From an uncultured Bacteroidales bacterium (GTDB lineage Bacteria; Bacteroidota; Bacteroidia; Bacteroidales; JAGOPY01): a DNA stretch of 64,000 nt. Positions 20,002 through 29,266 of the stretch are shown here, in pieces. The translations under genes and the position numbers were made by a program. Positions within the stretch are counted from its first letter, which is position 1, and each line of letters starts with the position of its first letter. Location of the stretch: assembly GCA_963701785.1 (NCBI GenBank), contig CAVPBC010000002.1:533093-597092 (forward strand), in the 5' to 3' direction. Below the pieces are notes generated by a model. It worked only from the letters and a program-made list of their open reading frames with translations, was not told the DNA's origin and made no database searches.

Positions 20002-21000
20002 ATGAAAAGTAATAGAAGAGACTTCCTCAGGCTCACGGGGCTGGCGGGTGCAGCCACCCTGATCCCCAATAAAAATGTTTTCACATCTGAAGTTATTAAG
20101 GGAATAGGGGATGAGTGTGTCCTCATCCCGACCGAGACAGCAGGGCCTTTCCCGCTTGACCTTACCGATAATCCTTTCTTCTTCCGTCAGGACGTGCGTG
20201 AAGACAGGGCCGGGGTGCAGGTCAACCTGAAGATGAAGGTCCTTGGCCTCGACGACTGCGAGCCTATGCAGAATGTGAGGGTACATATCTGGCATTGTGA
20301 TAAGGATGGCCTTTATTCAGGCTACCAGGGGCAGGAGGGATTTACGTATTTGCGGGGCTGGCAAATGTCCGATGCTAATGGCGAGGTTGAGTTTATCACG
20401 ATCCTTCCCGGCTGGTACCCCGGCAGGGTTTGCCATATCCATTTCCAGGTATATGTCAGCACGATGTATGCCGCAATTTCGCAATTGACCTTCGATGTGG
20501 AGGCTAAGAACTACATCTATGCGCTCAATCCGGCCATTTATACTAAAGGCACGGACCCGGTACTGCCCTCGGAAGATGGGGTTTTTGCTGACGGGTATGC
20601 ATACCAGCTGGCCAACCTGACCTCAAATCCTGAAACAAACGGCTATAATTCTTATTTGGAATTAAGTGTCCAGGGCAGCGGTACGACCGGCATGGGCTAT
20701 ATTGAAAAAGAGAATGCAAAGCAATTCAGCCTCGGGCAAAATTATCCCAATCCATTTAAAGACGAAACCGCTGTCCCGTTCTACCTTCGCTATCCTTCCG
20801 ATGTAAAGCTGGAATTATGGGCTATATCGGGACAGAAGCTGACAGTTATTGAAAGAAACGGACTTTTGGCAGGAGATCACTCGATCGCAGTCAACCCCGG
20901 CAGTTTCGGGATTTCCACGGGGAACCTGGTTTACCAGCTTGAAGTCCGCAATACCAGCGGCACATACAGAGAAAGCAAGATGATGACAGAGAGGAGATAA
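20002..21000 (+). CDS. Intradiol ring-cleavage dioxygenase-like protein with a twin-arginine signal and a T9SS C-terminal sorting domain
   Basis: N-terminus MKSNRRDFLRLTGLAGAATL (Tat motif). Core HIWHCDKDGLYSGY...GWYPGRVCHIHFQV. C-terminus LGQNYPNPFKDETAVPFYL...LVYQLEV (type A CTD). Confidence 0.75.
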   Translation: MKSNRRDFLRLTGLAGAATLIPNKNVFTSEVIKGIGDECVLIPTETAGPFPLDLTDNPFFFRQDVREDRAGVQVNLKMKVLGLDDCEPMQNVRVHIWHCDKDGLYSGYQGQEGFTYLRGWQMSDANGEVEFITILPGWYPGRVCHIHFQVYVSTMYAAISQLTFDVEAKNYIYALNPAIYTKGTDPVLPSEDGVFADGYAYQLANLTSNPETNGYNSYLELSVQGSGTTGMGYIEKENAKQFSLGQNYPNPFKDETAVPFYLRYPSDVKLELWAISGQKLTVIERNGLLAGDHSIAVNPGSFGISTGNLVYQLEVRNTSGTYRESKMMTERR

Positions 21001-21009
21001 CGCACCAAC

Positions 21010-21570
21010 ATGGACCCCATATTTTTCAAGAACCCGGCGGAATTCCGCGAATGGCTGGAGAAAAACTACCAGACTGAAACAGAACTCTGGGTAGGATTTT
21101 ACAAAGTAAATACCGGGAAGCCCAGTATGACCTGGTCGCAATCGGTAGACCAGGCCCTGTGTTTCGGCTGGATCGACGGGATCAGGAAGAAAGTGGATGA
21201 GGAAGGATATTGCATCCGCTTTACACCAAGAAAGCCCGATAGTACCTGGAGCAAGATCAACATTGCCAAAGTGGAAGAGCTGACCGGCAAAGGACTGATG
21301 CATCCCGCAGGCATGGAGGCATTTAATATAAGGAAAGAGAACAACTCGGGCATTTACAGCTTTGAAAACGAGATTAAAGACCTCCCGGAAGAATATACTG
21401 AAATCTTTAAAAAGAATAAAACGGCCTGGGCATATTTCATAGCACAGCCTCCATCATACAGGAGAACAATTACACATTGGATCTTGAGTGCCAGGCAGGA
21501 AAAGACAAGGCTTACACGGTTTGAAAAACTGATGCGTGAAAGTGAAAATCAGAGACGGGTATACGGATAA
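21010..21570 (+). CDS. YdeI/OmpD-associated family protein
   Basis: A 186-aa ORF: FKNPAEFREWLEKNY..ELWVGFYK...ALCFGWIDGIRKKVDEEGYCIRFTPRKP. Confidence 0.75.
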   Translation: MDPIFFKNPAEFREWLEKNYQTETELWVGFYKVNTGKPSMTWSQSVDQALCFGWIDGIRKKVDEEGYCIRFTPRKPDSTWSKINIAKVEELTGKGLMHPAGMEAFNIRKENNSGIYSFENEIKDLPEEYTEIFKKNKTAWAYFIAQPPSYRRTITHWILSARQEKTRLTRFEKLMRESENQRRVYG

Positions 21571-21576
21571 AGGTTT

Positions 21577-21666
21577 TTCCACGCAAAGGTCGCCCAGGTA
21601 TTAATAAGAGCGTAAAAGATGATTTATTTGCGTTCTTTGCCCTCCTTTGCTTTTCTTTGCGTGGAA
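21577..21666. repeat. Hairpin repeat of the GCAAAG-word type, bounded by TTCCACGCAAAGG ... CTTTGCGTGGAA
   Basis: The right arm is TTTGCGTT CTTTGCCCTC CTTTGCTTTT CTTTGCGTGGAA. The left arm is degenerate. Antisense ORF 21512-21763 merely translates it. Confidence 0.75.
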
Positions 21667-21701
21667 TAAATAGCTTTCTCTTTTGTAATTTTATACAATA
21701 A

Positions 21702-23013
21702 TTGATAGTCATGATTTCAAAGTTTATCAAGAGCAACAGAAACTTGTACCTGCTCATTGTCATATTCGTACTTCTATTTTCTGGGAAGAACCACGCTCAG
21801 TTCGTCAAAGGGGCCGATATCGGCTGGCTTTCACAAATGGAAGCTACAGGGTACCAGTTTTATGACACCAACAATGTCCAGATGGAATGCCTGGATATCC
21901 TGCAGTCGAGGCAGATCAACACGGTCCGCCTCAGGGTGTGGGTAAATCCCTCGAACGATAAGATCAACGGGCACTGCAGCAAGAAAGAAGTGGCTGAGAT
22001 GGCGTTGCGGGCCAAAAGCAAGGGGATGAGGGTGATGATTGATTTTCATTACAGCGATTCCTGGGCTGACCCGGGAAAGCAAAACAAGCCGGCAGCCTGG
22101 TCTACCCATACTTTCAGCCAGTTGCTGACAGATGTCTACAATCATACTTATGAGGTCCTGGATACCCTGAAGTCCATAGGTGTGACGCCGGAATGGGCCC
22201 AAATCGGCAATGAGATCAGCGGCGGCATGCTTTGGCCCGACGGGAGCACCAACAACTGGCCGAAGCTGGCCCAGTTGCTGAACAAAGGCTACGATGCCGC
22301 GAAAGCGGTCGACAGCACGATCCAGGTTGTAATCCAGATCAATAACGGGCATGATAACAACCTGTTCAGGTGGTTCTTTGACAATGCGGAGAGCAACGGC
22401 GTCAGGTACGATATGATCGGTGCTTCTTATTATCCATACTGGGACGGGCAAGATTATACCGAAACCATTGACGACCTGGGAAACAACCTGAATGATATGG
22501 TCGCACCGATACGGAAAACCGGTTATGGTGGTAGAAACCGGCGGATTGTACAACCAGGTTCAAAACACCTATGATATGCTGCTTGCAGTGATCAAAAAGG
22601 TCCTGGCAGTCCCGGATAAGATGGGCCTTGGCGTGATCTACTGGGAGCCGCAGGGGGAGAAGAGCTGGAGCGGTTATAATTTAAGCTGCTGGAGTTCGGG
22701 AGGCAAGCCCACCAGGGCGCTCAATGCGTTTATGTATGATGTAAGCACAGATGTAAAGGAAAACCCTGACGATCTGCCTTTTCATTTCTATCCGAATCCA
22801 TCTGCAGACGGTGGTTTCAACGTTGATTTAAGAGGATTTGCAGGTACATCTTTCGTAAAAATATATGATCTGACCGGAAAACTGTTAACTGAGCAATCAT
22901 TTGAATACCAGGATGAAGTTACACTGGACCCGAGGTTGAAGCCGGGGATTTACCTGCTGGTCATCACCAACCGGGAGAAGAATTATGTTCAGAAACTGAT
23001 AGTTTCGAGATAA
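21702..23013 (+). pseudogene. GH53 arabinogalactan endo-beta-1,4-galactanase with T9SS sorting domain, one frame break near 22495-22505
   Basis: ORF 21702-22574: FVKGADIGWLSQMEA..NTVRLRVWVNP..IDFHYSDSWADPG..IGNEISGG. ORF 22492-23013: GKPVMVVETGG...YWEPQ, then a CTD (FYPNPSADGGFNV...GIYLLVITN). Confidence 0.85.
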
Positions 23014-23018
23014 GGCTA

Positions 23019-23363
23019 TTATTTGAAGCTATTCAGAATCCTTTCATGGTCCTCATTTTCTTTATCATTTTTATGATACAATTCAATAAACACAATTTCT
23101 CCTTTATCTTCAAAATAAACATAGACGAGCCTTAAGCCTGTATTTACTCCTCTTCCTTTCAGGCTTTTACAGGCTATTTTTCTGACTTTTATCACGTATA
23201 AGTCTATTCCAAGACCATTAATTCTGAAGCTAAATGGCGGACGTTCTCCGGGCTCTAATTTCAGCACTTTCCTGATTGTTGCCAGGTCGTCTTCCAAGCT
23301 CCTGTATTTTTTAAGCAGCCTCTTCAGATCTTTTTTAAATTCATCCAGCTCCCGGAAAATCAT
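23019..23363 (-). CDS. RelE/ParE-superfamily-like toxin of a type II toxin-antitoxin pair
   Basis: A 114-aa ORF whose start overlaps the upstream gene's stop (ATGA). It has KKDLKRLLKKY..., GLRLVYVYFEDKGEIVFIELYHKNDKEN and a RelE-like layout. Confidence 0.6.
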   Translation of the reverse strand: MIFRELDEFKKDLKRLLKKYRSLEDDLATIRKVLKLEPGERPPFSFRINGLGIDLYVIKVRKIACKSLKGRGVNTGLRLVYVYFEDKGEIVFIELYHKNDKENEDHERILNSFK

Positions 23364-24163
23364 GGTCGCTCAGCTTCATCATTATATACCCTTGCAGAAA
23401 AAGGAGATTCGCGGTAAAAAGCCAGTTCATAATCGATAATATCCCCTTCCTCCGTTGCTTTCCAGGGAATATCCAGATGTGAGTACTCGCTGATTGCTGA
23501 TGCCGACCAGTCTGAAAATCGTTCGATAACTTTGTCGATTACATCTTTTTCTGCGGCAGACATTTTAGTGAGATCCGGCTTGACCAGGGGAATATATCTT
23601 GTTTGGGGAAACCCACGAAACGTTGTTTTAATGCGCTGTAGCCGATTATTTGCAAGCATCTGGCCAATTTGGCTTTCAATATTTTGAGGAACAGGCCCGA
23701 AGGGAAGTTTACGATACAATGAACCGGTTAGGTGTTCTTCATAAATTTCATAGAAGTTGAAATCCGAAAAATATAAAAGTTTATAAAGAACGGTCTCTCC
23801 CAGGTTAGGTTTACCACCGCACCTTTCCAATAAATATAAGATAACATTTGCGAATTTATCCTTATTCAGAACGGGATTAGAGGTTCGGGTTTCCTGGTAT
23901 TCCGGATCCGGCTCAGAAACGACTTCACACACCCGTTCTGCTTTATATTCTTTAGCAACAAACCTGTCTATGGAAAAACCAAGCACTTCTGACCATTTGA
24001 TCAACTCAAGTGCTGTCACATTCCTATTCCCTAATTCCATCTGTGCGACTGAAGACCTTGGGATAGCAAGAAGCTTGGCCATATTTTCCTGGGAGAAGCC
24101 TTTTAGTTTTCTCAATTCGGCCAGTCTTTTCCCAAACTGTTGTGGTGTTAATTGAGCGCTCAT
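23360..24163 (-). CDS. XRE-family HTH fused to a DUF4065/Panacea (SocA-like) antitoxin domain
   Basis: N-terminus FGKRLAELRKLKGFSQENMAKLLAIPRSSVAQMELGNR (HTH_XRE). C-terminal half KFANVILYLLERCGG..LGETVLYKLLYFSDFNFYE...LPFGPVP (Panacea-like). Confidence 0.7.
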   Translation of the reverse strand: MSAQLTPQQFGKRLAELRKLKGFSQENMAKLLAIPRSSVAQMELGNRNVTALELIKWSEVLGFSIDRFVAKEYKAERVCEVVSEPDPEYQETRTSNPVLNKDKFANVILYLLERCGGKPNLGETVLYKLLYFSDFNFYEIYEEHLTGSLYRKLPFGPVPQNIESQIGQMLANNRLQRIKTTFRGFPQTRYIPLVKPDLTKMSAAEKDVIDKVIERFSDWSASAISEYSHLDIPWKATEEGDIIDYELAFYRESPFSARVYNDEAERP

Positions 24164-24286
24164 GGCAGATAATATTTATTGCAAATATAATCATTGTTCT
24201 TTCTTAAAACAAATAAAAGTTCTAAAATAGAACAATAAAATATCAACTCATATAATAGTTTGAATATAAATTCCTAATTTTATCCC

Positions 24287-25936
24287 ATGCCCCGAACCAT
24301 CGCCATCATCGCCCCGTTCATAGATACCAGCCAGTATAACATGGACTTTAACCTGCGGCTTGCAAGGAACAACCGGGAGCTGACCCTGGCCACTTTCTAT
24401 GAGCTTGCAGGCGAAAGCTTTAAGGCTGAAAATGTTTCCCGGGGTGTCGATTACGGGGAAGATATCCCGTCGGCAGGGTTCTACCTGGAAGGTGTTTTGC
24501 ATCAAGCCGGCTATGGCACCATCCTGACCAACAAATATGATTCAGGAACACTCAGGCAGATCGCTGAAAAAGACCCTTTTGCCGTTTGTGTTTCGTCGAC
24601 AATGATTCTCACAACCGATTCACTCCTGGGCCTGTTTTCATCGATCCGGGACGTGATGCCCGGGATACCTGTTATTGCCGGCGGGACATTCATCTGGAAG
24701 AATTATATGCAATACCTGAAGCATCTTGAATCACCTGAACTTAATCCGCTTCAGACGGGGATGCTTTTTCATCCGTTCCATTCCGGGATGGAGGCCTGCA
24801 TCATGGTGGTGGCACCGCACGGAATAGCATCGCTGCAAATGGTACTAAAAGAACTTGAAAAGGGGAGACAGGGAGAGTTTTCTTCCATACCGAATTTGTG
24901 CCTGCCCGGGAAAAAGGGATTTGTTTTTACTGAAAGGAAGGATGAACAGGTCGATTACAATGAAGATTTTACCCGCTGGGACCTTATCGATGAAATGCCC
25001 GAAAAAATACCGCTCCGGACCTCAATCGGATGTCCGTACCGATGCCGCTTCTGTGATTTTTACCAGCTCTATCCCAGTATTTTCCTTCGGTCAAAAGACA
25101 GCCTTGAGCGGGAGCTTAAACTGGCTAAAAGCAGGTTAGGACATAACCTTGCTGTGATCCATGTTTCAGATGATAATGTGTTCATTACTAAAAAGCGCCT
25201 GTTTGAGGTTTGCGGCGCCATTGCAGATTCGGGACTGAACCATTGGGTTGGTTTTATGCGGGGGGGTGAATATACTAATGATGAAATGGATGCCATTAAA
25301 CGTTCCGGGTTACTGATGGGGAAAATAGGTGTTGAATCAGGTGACCAGGGACAGCTTGACCGGATGAACAAACGACAAAAGGTCGAAAGGGTGAAAAGAG
25401 GGATTGAACAGCTTGATGCCAATGGTATTGCAGTGCTGATGACTTTTGTCGTTGGTTTTCCCGGTGAAACCGGTCAATCCCTTCAGAACACGGCTGATTT
25501 TCTGAATGGCCTGTCATTAACCAACCTGTCGGTCGGTTACCAGGTTTATCCGCTCACCATATTTCCGCTGAGTGAACTGGCTGACCCGGCTGACCGAAAA
25601 AAGTGGGAAATAAAGGGGATCATGGACAAATGGTCGCATTATACCATGGACTACGAAGGTGCTGTTAAAGCCTGTTATGATGTGTTCAGGGAAGTCACCA
25701 ATGTACCATATTCCTATTCAGAAGAAAGTTTCTTTTTCAACCGGGGGATGTTCACCTTTGAAACACGGAGATCGTTATTCTATCTAAGGCAACAGCTTAC
25801 TATAAAGCTCATTGAAGACAAGCCCTGGCAGGAAATCGAGCCTATCCTGAGGAATATGACGGAGTTGATGGAACTGCCGGCTGACGGGATTGGGGAGGGA
25901 CTGAAGAAGGAAATAGTGGTTAGCGCGCGTCTTTGA
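24287..25936 (+). CDS. B12-binding-domain radical SAM protein
   Basis: A 549-aa ORF with an N-terminal Rossmann-like B12-binding region and the CPYRCRFCDF (Cx3Cx2C) cluster motif. The present C-terminus is encoded by an inserted palindromic element. Confidence 0.8.
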   Translation: MPRTIAIIAPFIDTSQYNMDFNLRLARNNRELTLATFYELAGESFKAENVSRGVDYGEDIPSAGFYLEGVLHQAGYGTILTNKYDSGTLRQIAEKDPFAVCVSSTMILTTDSLLGLFSSIRDVMPGIPVIAGGTFIWKNYMQYLKHLESPELNPLQTGMLFHPFHSGMEACIMVVAPHGIASLQMVLKELEKGRQGEFSSIPNLCLPGKKGFVFTERKDEQVDYNEDFTRWDLIDEMPEKIPLRTSIGCPYRCRFCDFYQLYPSIFLRSKDSLERELKLAKSRLGHNLAVIHVSDDNVFITKKRLFEVCGAIADSGLNHWVGFMRGGEYTNDEMDAIKRSGLLMGKIGVESGDQGQLDRMNKRQKVERVKRGIEQLDANGIAVLMTFVVGFPGETGQSLQNTADFLNGLSLTNLSVGYQVYPLTIFPLSELADPADRKKWEIKGIMDKWSHYTMDYEGAVKACYDVFREVTNVPYSYSEESFFFNRGMFTFETRRSLFYLRQQLTIKLIEDKPWQEIEPILRNMTELMELPADGIGEGLKKEIVVSARL

Positions 25937-26025
25937 CGCGTGACGCAGATCAAATCGTTTCAAACGATTAAAAGCACTGGCACGCGTCGCAGACGCGCGC
26001 CATCACAAGTTGATGGAACTGCCGG
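25863..26025. repeat. 127-bp palindromic insert flanked by perfect 18-bp direct repeats AGTTGATGGAACTGCCGG
   Basis: Direct repeats at 25863-25880 and 26008-26025. Inverted arms GCGCGCGTCTTTGACGCGTG (25923-25944) / CACGCGTCGCAGACGCGCGC (25979-26000). Inner hairpin AATCGTTT-C-AAACGATT. Confidence 0.85.
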
Positions 26026-26059
26026 ATTCAGGATTAAAATAATGTTATAAATTTTAAAA

Positions 26060-28015
26060 ATGAAAAATTCTTTTCTGTTAAACCTGTTAATTTTCATTTC
26101 ACTAAGTGTAAATGCCCAGCCAAAACCAGTTGATCAGCCCTTTTCCCTCAGTTCTAAGCCATATGCCCGTTACTGGTGGTTTGCCTCGATGATAAAAGAG
26201 GAAGATGTCAGGTATAATCTCGACTGGCTCAAGGCAAATGGGTTTGGCGGGGTGGAAGTGGCCTGGGTTTATCCTTTAAACCGGTTCAATCCCGGTGACA
26301 CATCCTACACCCCGCGGCAGGAGTGGCTGAGCCCGGAATGGACCAAAATAGTGGACTATACCGTAAGATATGCCGATTCCATCGGGTTGGGCTGCGACCT
26401 GACCTTTGGCACGCTCTGGCCCTTCGGCGATACCTATGTCACATTTGACCAGGCCACGCAACGCTTTGGTGACCCTGAATGGAGGCAACAGATCAGGCTC
26501 TCCTGGCAGCACCCGAAAGTTGGTTATGTGATTGATCATCTGACCCCAAAAAATTATCAACCCTATTTCAACCGGTTGCTGGAAGCATTCCCGCGACCCA
26601 ATACCAGGGAGCCGCAAGCCTATTTCATCGACAGCTGGGAAGTGGAAACCGAAAAACTCTGGTGCGAGGGATTTGATAAAGACTTTTCTGCAAGGTTTGG
26701 CTACGATATTGTCCCGTTCATGGATTCTATTTACAGGCCGGTAAACCGTGACAGGCTTTACGATTATATGACCCTTGTCTCCGACAAGGTCATTAGATTT
26801 TATTCGGATTATGATTCGATATTGAACCTGTCGGGTATTTTATCAAGGGGACAGGTTTCCGGCGCCCCCTGCGACCTGATCTCCGGATATGCAAAGATGG
26901 ATATCCCGGAAGGGGAGTCCATGCTTTTTGAGCCGGAATTTTGCGCTATTCCTGCATCAGCTGCCCTGTTGTCGGGTAAAAAGTATGTTTCTTCGGAAAC
27001 ATTTACCTGTCTTTACGGATGGCCGCGTGATTATATCCGCGAAGAACAGACAGCCGATCTGAAACTGGTGGCCGACGCTCTCTTCGCCAATGGGATCAAT
27101 CACATTATCTGGCATGGGAAAGCCCATAATCCTGTGGGTTCAGACAGCGTGAATTTCTATGCGACCACCCATGTTGGGTTCAGCGGTTCACTGGCGGAGG
27201 AGATCCTGCAATTCAACAATTATCTTGAAAAAGTATCTTCATTCATGACCAGGGGGAGTACCTTTTCTGATATTGCGGTGTACCTGCCTACCGAAGATGC
27301 CTGGATGGCCGGGATGATGCCGAAAGAAAAGCAGTTCAAATGGGCATGGGGATATTATGAGATGCGGTACGTATATTTTCCTGATGAACTGGCCGGATAT
27401 AATCCTACCTGGATCAACCGGGAATTCCTGGAGAAAGCAACTTTTGAAAATGGAAATTTGAAAATTGGAAATGCCCTTTATCATGCGTTATATATTGATG
27501 TTGAATATCTTGATTACAGAACATTGGTAAGGACCGCTGAACTGGCTGAAGCAGGCCTTGCCATCGTGTTAAAGCGGGATCCGGAAGAGCCGGGGATGAC
27601 TAAACATCCTGAATACAATGAAATAAAAATGGAAATTAGAAATTCGAAATTTGTTACAAATGATATTCCCGCAGATATCAAACCTTTCATAACCGGGGAT
27701 ATCATACCGCGCCACTGGTGCAGGATTGACGGTGAAACGCTATATATTTTCTTCCCGAATCCCAGGGCCGACAGGATAAAATTCCCGATGGAATACGGGC
27801 AGTCGCTGAATATGGAAACAGAGCAAATCAAGATCAGCATTAATTTCCAGGGAAATCAGATTGATCTGAACCTTGCATTTGAGCCTTATCAATCGCTTTT
27901 ATTTAAAATATCAAATAGTATGGTGGAGGAATTAGATATAAGCTTTATTCCTAAAGCACCTGTGGTTAAAGAAAGACCGGAGGGTTACAAGGCACCCTGG
28001 CTGGTTGGGGAGTGA
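26060..28015 (+). CDS. Secreted glycoside-hydrolase-like protein (family not resolved)
   Basis: A 651-aa ORF with a signal peptide. The N-terminal motif YARYWWFASMIKEEDVRYNLDWLKANGFGGVEV recalls Bacteroidota 'glycosyl hydrolase' (GH106-related) proteins. The assignment is tentative. Confidence 0.4.
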   Translation: MKNSFLLNLLIFISLSVNAQPKPVDQPFSLSSKPYARYWWFASMIKEEDVRYNLDWLKANGFGGVEVAWVYPLNRFNPGDTSYTPRQEWLSPEWTKIVDYTVRYADSIGLGCDLTFGTLWPFGDTYVTFDQATQRFGDPEWRQQIRLSWQHPKVGYVIDHLTPKNYQPYFNRLLEAFPRPNTREPQAYFIDSWEVETEKLWCEGFDKDFSARFGYDIVPFMDSIYRPVNRDRLYDYMTLVSDKVIRFYSDYDSILNLSGILSRGQVSGAPCDLISGYAKMDIPEGESMLFEPEFCAIPASAALLSGKKYVSSETFTCLYGWPRDYIREEQTADLKLVADALFANGINHIIWHGKAHNPVGSDSVNFYATTHVGFSGSLAEEILQFNNYLEKVSSFMTRGSTFSDIAVYLPTEDAWMAGMMPKEKQFKWAWGYYEMRYVYFPDELAGYNPTWINREFLEKATFENGNLKIGNALYHALYIDVEYLDYRTLVRTAELAEAGLAIVLKRDPEEPGMTKHPEYNEIKMEIRNSKFVTNDIPADIKPFITGDIIPRHWCRIDGETLYIFFPNPRADRIKFPMEYGQSLNMETEQIKISINFQGNQIDLNLAFEPYQSLLFKISNSMVEELDISFIPKAPVVKERPEGYKAPWLVGE

Positions 28016-28035
28016 GATTATTATTTGATATGTTT

Positions 28036-28086
28036 CACCAGGGGAAAATGTGGAATTATACTATTCCGGTAATTTTTCCCCTGGTG
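28036..28086. terminator. 13-bp-stem hairpin between convergent genes (possible bidirectional terminator)
   Basis: CACCAGGGGAAAA (28036-28048) pairs with TTTTCCCCTGGTG (28074-28086). The right arm lies in the last codons of the cytochrome gene. Confidence 0.5.
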
Positions 28087-29053
28087 TATAAACTGTTTTT
28101 CCCACGGCATATTCTACAGGTTCCAGCGAGCGAAAGTAACGGTACAATGCTTTCAAATCATTTTCCGACATTCTTGAAAACATTCCCCAGGGCATAGGAC
28201 TGCCCTTGTGCAAACGGCCTCCCCTGAAACGATCAATAAACATATCCTCATCCCACTCGGTAATAACCCCGGTGCTTTTATGAGGTGTCAGGTTAGGAGA
28301 AACGAATGCAAATCCATCAGAAAATGCATTAGGTAGGAAGATCCCCCCCCCGGCAAAATCAGCCCCGATCTGTTTGCCCGTATTATCCATGGCAACATGG
28401 CAACCACGGCAATTACCAATATTGTTGGCAAGATATTTTCCGTAAACCACGGTGGAATCTATTTCAACCTTTTTTGGCGGGATGTTTTTGGGGCCCTGGG
28501 GCTTGAGCATACCAAAAGTAACCAGTGCTTTGGCTATAAAAGCGAGCTCAGAAGGTTCTACCTTGTTTTTAACAGCCGGCTGGGTTCGCAGGAACGAAAT
28601 AATTGCGGTCAGATCTTCATCACTCATTCCCTGGTACTCCATGAAAGGAGCAAGCAGGCTGCCGTCGCTTTTCACTCCGTAGCGGATAGCCCGTGCCAAC
28701 TGGGCGTCCGTGAGGTTCCCGATGCCGGTTTCAGGATCAGGTGTCAGGTTGGGTGCACGGAAGGTACCAAAACCGGGAAATGCTTCTTCCCAGCCTCCGC
28801 TTAATGGCAACTGCAAGCCGTTATCCACATCCCTGGCTTTATCCATCGGCACATGGCAACTGGCACAGTGAGAAGGACCATATACCAGGTACCGGCCTCT
28901 TTCGATCATAACAGGGTCTTTACTGGCGTTGATTTCAGGGTATGACGCTTCAAAAGGTTTGTTCCAGCTCAATTGAACATAACCTACAAAGACTACCACC
29001 ACCAGGACAATTACCAGGACAAACCACATCAGGATTTTAAAAAACTTTCTCAT
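28061..29053 (-). CDS. Membrane-anchored dihaem c-type cytochrome
   Basis: Two CxxCH motifs (CASCH, CRGCH) and an N-terminal TM anchor MRKFFKILMWFVLVIVLVVVVF. The start is taken at the second Met of ORF 28061-29110. Confidence 0.75.
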   Translation of the reverse strand: MRKFFKILMWFVLVIVLVVVVFVGYVQLSWNKPFEASYPEINASKDPVMIERGRYLVYGPSHCASCHVPMDKARDVDNGLQLPLSGGWEEAFPGFGTFRAPNLTPDPETGIGNLTDAQLARAIRYGVKSDGSLLAPFMEYQGMSDEDLTAIISFLRTQPAVKNKVEPSELAFIAKALVTFGMLKPQGPKNIPPKKVEIDSTVVYGKYLANNIGNCRGCHVAMDNTGKQIGADFAGGGIFLPNAFSDGFAFVSPNLTPHKSTGVITEWDEDMFIDRFRGGRLHKGSPMPWGMFSRMSENDLKALYRYFRSLEPVEYAVGKTVYTPGEKLPE

Positions 29054-29266
29054 CTTAAGAAAATTTAATTGATTAAACTTTGAATTTACTTGGCAGGATA
29101 AAAATATCATGCATTCCTGTATGTAATTGTTAATGAAATGTTAAACTTTAAATTTAAGATAAGATTTTAATAATTGTTTAACTAATTATGAATAAAGTTG
29201 AACAAAAATGTCATGACGTATGTTTAGCTATTATTATCCTAAACAAACAATCTAAAATTTAAAAAA

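Noticed and set aside
21512-21763. ORFs of 60-90 aa overlapping repeats (21512-21763, 56921-57145, 32115-32357, 43851-44081)
   Set aside because: Their sequences are direct translations of hairpin words (for example RKEKQRRAKNANK, TTKALRSHRNTK) or lie antisense or out of frame to real genes. There is no independent coding signal.
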